64,000 nucleotides of DNA from positions 8,494,001-8,558,000 of the forward strand of contig NC_047074.1 of assembly GCF_902459465.1 (NCBI RefSeq), written 5' to 3'. The position numbers were made by a program, and so were the translations under genes. The notes below the pieces were generated by a model that was given only the letters and a program-made list of their open reading frames with translations, was not told the origin of the DNA and searched no databases. Origin of the DNA: Asterias rubens. Taxonomy: Eukaryota. Numbering within the stretch: position 1 is the stretch's first letter; the number at the start of each line of letters is the position of its first letter. Below, piece after piece: positions 60,080 through 64,000 of this stretch.

Positions 60080-63000
60080 ATGAAGTGTCGTAATTGTGGC
60101 GTTCAGAAACTGTCAAATGAGTTCCCGCCATGGACCATTATGGAAGAATGCAAACATGCCCCTCTCCATTGTCTTAGGGTAAGTGTGTATTAGGTGTCAC
60201 CTTGTTAATGTGATCATGAACATTTCAGCGCATTTTCTGAAGGACATTGACCATAGTTTATACCTCCATGGTTTAAGTTTAATTAATCAGTGTACAATTT
60301 TCTGTTCTCACGGTGGGTCACGCAGAAAGTGCATTAAGTTACGAAGTTTTCATCAAATAGTAACCTAGCTTTTCTGTATACAGGATGATATTTTATTGAG
60401 TTGTTGTAAAACATCAACATAACTTGGGTGGGGCTGAAATGTTCAGTCTACACTTCCTCCATGATCATTCTAATCAAAATAAATGAGATGACTCGATAAG
60501 AAGTGTCAAATGATTGATAAGATTTTAGAGTACTCATCACAATTTACGTGAGGGGCCAGGGGGCACTGGGTTTTCATGCTATGATGCAATATACCCGGTT
60601 TAGTAATATCAACGATGTAAACTACATTGTAATTAGAGATTGTCATGAAGGCTATAATGCTTTTGTTTTTTGTATATTTTTTATACTGCCTTTCTGGCAT
60701 GCGAGATACTACATTGCTCATGTGGGAATTATATACTTTATTATAATTGCCATAAATAATATATTTAAAGTTCAATCATTTTAACAGCTGAACATGTTGA
60801 GATATGCTCCCCTCTTCATATCAAAGTTGATAAACAAAAACAGACAGTACACTTTCAATCAATGCAATGTTGTGGTTTTTATTATGTGTTCTTCAATTGA
60901 GATGTAGTACCACGGGATTAAGACTCTGTGACTTTTTTTTTTTAAACATGCGAGGTCACATGCATGGTCTATTCTGTCCACATGGACGGGGTGGGGGCAT
61001 TCAGTGGTTTTAACCAGAGAATACCCCAACCCTGTTTAAAACACGGGGCAATAAACTGAGATCGTTGACCCGTGTTCCAAAAAGGATGTGGGCCAGAGGA
61101 ATGTTAACAGGTTGTTTTTTTTGTAAATGTCAATAGTATCCTCATCTCGTTTTCTTTGTTTTATCTTACTGAGCTTTTGAAGGGACACGTGAAAAAGAAG
61201 GGACGTACGTGAAAAAGAAGCCATATTTTCATGTAGATTCAAGGTTGTTAACTGATATAATTATCTGTTTCTCTAAACTTATCTCTACATCAAAGGGGTA
61301 ATTTCTCACAGTGTTTCATACTACAAACAGCAAATTGCCAAATAGGTTTTTGTGAAATTAGGCCTTTAACTTATTTAGTAATTACCAACAATATTTTATT
61401 TTTGGCCTAATTATTGTTCTTTCCAGTGCGTGGTTTCCCATGTGGAAGAACATGGCGAGTGTTCCCAGTGTGATGGCGAAGTGGGTCCAGATTCCATCCG
61501 TCTCAAGCGATGCCACAGCCAGCTTGAAGCCATGTTTCCAGAGTGCAAGCTGAACTACGTCCCCAAGGCGGAAGGAGCACCTACGCCCAGTGGGAAGGGC
61601 TTCATCAGCCTGGCCATGCTGAATGGTGACAGTGCAAGTGTACAGCTGAACTCGGCCATGACGGTGTCAACATTGAAAGCATACGTGAAAAGTAAACTTC
61701 AAGTTCCACTGGAGAATCAACAGCTCATTTATAATGGGACTGAAATTAAGGTAGGTACAATTTGTACATGGAAGAGCAAAACTGTGTGGTCATATGCAAA
61801 TTAATGCACTGTTGTTATAGGCCTGTGTTGAACTAAAGAGAAGAAACGTCAAATTTGAGTAGAAAGTTGATTGGCACCTGGCCCATCTTTTTACAAGTGA
61901 CTATAAAAGTATTATTTATCCGCAGATAAGATTATCTTCCATTAAGTTATATAATGTGTGAAATATTGGTGTCAAATAATTGTGAACAATTTTGTCATTA
62001 TTAACTATTCGGCGATTTCTTTTCATGAGTTAACCAGGTGGTTCGAAACACATTAATGTTGTGATTGTGATATGATTTAAGTTGAATGTGCACATGTTTG
62101 TTTGGGTAAGTGTTCTGTTAAAGGCAGTGAACACTATTGGTGATTACTCAAATTAATTATCGGCATAAAACCTCATTTGGTAACGAGTTATGGGGAGAGG
62201 TTGATCGTATAAAACATTGTAAAACTCCCTCTGAAGTGACGTAGTTGGGTCTCGAAATCTAAGCATCTGAAAGCACACAACTTTGTGTGATAAGGTTATT
62301 TTTTTCTTTCATTATTATCTACCAACTTTGACGACCAACTGAGCTCAAATTTCCACAGGTTTCTTATTTTATGCATATGTTGAGACACACCAAGTGAGAA
62401 GACTGGTCTTTGACAACCACCAATAGTGTCCACTGTCTTTACCATATACATGTATTTTTAAAGTTTAGTAATTTGAATTTTGTATCTGTTTACATGGACA
62501 GGAGGTTACTGATACGAAAGCTACAGCAACACTGGGATATTATCAAGTTCAGCCGAATTCTACCATCCACGTGAGAAGACTCCTCTACTCGGCACCTAAA
62601 GACCTTGATAAAGTGGTTTTTGACCTTAACTGGGGTTATCCATATCATGGGCGTGATTATTTAGATGCAAGTGTTCTAATTTTTGAAGGGATCAAATATG
62701 TTGGCGTTCTTGACTATAACCACACCAGTTTCCCACCAGCCATGCAACATTCTGGAGATCTAATGGATGATTTCAACTGCACAGGTCACCATTTGATCAA
62801 TGTAGATCTCCATAAAATTCCCGCAAATATCACCCATTTCTTCTTCACTCTGAGTGCTTGGAACTCCCCCACTGTGTCCAGTTACCCAAACCCCAGCCTA
62901 CGGTTTTACAAACAGTCTGAGCCGGGCAAGATGCTGTGCGAGGACACTATAACCAAACTGAATTACTCTCAGGCCATCGTAATGGCGTGGATGACCAGAC

Positions 63001-63110
63001 AAGGCGGCCACTGGTGTGTCTTTAGCGCTGGGAAGCCTTCAGCCGGTAACGCGAAAAACTATAGTTGCCTGGTGTCGACAATACAAGGCATTATTTCTAA
63101 TGGACTGTAA
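60080..63110 (+). CDS. RING-ubiquitin-like-TerD fusion protein, paralog 2 (343 aa); exons 60080-60178, 61427-61750, 62502-63110
   Basis: Same three-exon structure and phases as paralog 1. MKCRNCGVQKLSNEFPPWTIMEECKHAPLHCLRCVVSH...CSQC; Ubl ISLAMLNGD...VPLENQQLIYNG; TerD-like YLDASV, HSGDLMDD and GHHLINVDLHKIP. Confidence 0.87.
62122..62438 (+). mobile_element. Kolobok-like MITE, family A, intronic
   Basis: TTAA-aggcagtgaacactattgg ... ccaatagtgtccactgtct. Confidence 0.8.
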
Positions 63111-64000
63111 ACCGTGTAAAATAAATAAACAATGGATAGTCATACATTCCCACCCCAAACATATTGTCTGTTAACCTGATAAACCATGGGGCAATTAATC
63201 GTTCTCCTCTTGATCCCCTCTTTCTGTTGGTCAAACTATAGACCAGACCTCCTTCTGTTATATAGACTCCCTGATTTCAAACTGTAGATATAAAACAAAA
63301 CAAAGGTGTATATAAAGATTATAAATTGTACTGTATGCAGAGATCATTGCCATTTTATTGGTGGAACACTTGTTGTTTGAACATGCGTCGGCCGCGATGC
63401 TCCAAATTTTATCTTGAGTCCTATATTGATAATTAAAGGACGATTGGTAGAGCCATAACCAAAAACATCTCTCTTCTGCTTGTTTGTCCAAACGAGGCAC
63501 GGGTCGTATCACGGTAGACAAGGTTGGTGTGTATTTGGAGTCGTCCATTTTGTTTCGAATGGTTTTTGTTGTTTAATCTTCAAATCTTCAGACTTGTGAT
63601 TTGGAAGAGATTCCCTTTCTATGTTGTACTTATTTGTTGTACTTAAAATAAAAATGGGAAGATCTTATATGTATGATTTATGTAAAACAAATATTGAAAG
63701 TATATAAAAGAATTTGTAATTCATAACAATTGAAAGTATTTCGTTCGTGCGTTGTCACAGAATATTTAAACCCCTTTGCGAAGTCTGTTCACTGTATGGG
63801 CTCGCCCCTTTGGAATCGATTAATTTAATAGTCTATTTTACCTCGCGATTGCATTAGGCAGAAGTGCATTCATGCATGCAATAATTAATTTGTTAAATAG
63901 TAATACCATAAAGTAAATTCAAAGTATGTTTCATTATTTACAAGGTTGGGGCATTCATTGCTTATCATTGCTACCAATCTAAGAGTGCACTGAGCCGTTT

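Noticed and set aside
43223-63110. Bacterial contamination as the source of the amidase-like and TerD genes
   Set aside because: All three genes have spliceosomal introns carrying the same host MITEs as the GFM1 introns, and the base composition is continuous with the rest of the window.

Overview
AT-rich, intron-rich animal genomic DNA with GT-AG introns, MITEs, SINEs and LINE remnants. My impression from repeat style is a marine invertebrate deuterostome such as a sea star; this is inference and was not checked. All gene models were built by hand from splice signals and frame continuity. (1) Mitochondrial elongation factor G1 (GFM1), about 20 coding exons on the minus strand, 21875-39078. 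(2) A PTB/PID-domain gene on the plus strand with two paralogous first coding exons (5270-5612 and 12890-13274). Each encodes the N-terminal half of the PTB domain and can splice in frame to one shared exon. (3) A three-exon, 174-aa secreted protein with an NlpC/P60-CHAP-like Cys/His signature (43223-45862), a candidate peptidoglycan amidase of bacterial type. (4) A Myb/SANT-like (MSANTD3-type) gene, 48113-49794. (5) Two tandem paralogs encoding a RING-ubiquitin-like-TerD fusion (53597-56473 and 60080-63110), the second preceded by NF-kB-like sites. The rest is mainly TTAA-targeting (Kolobok-like) MITEs, CWG-targeting Harbinger-like MITEs, other inverted-repeat elements, tRNA-derived SINEs, LINE 3' fragments and minisatellites. 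Protein family calls come from motif recognition only; no database search was run.
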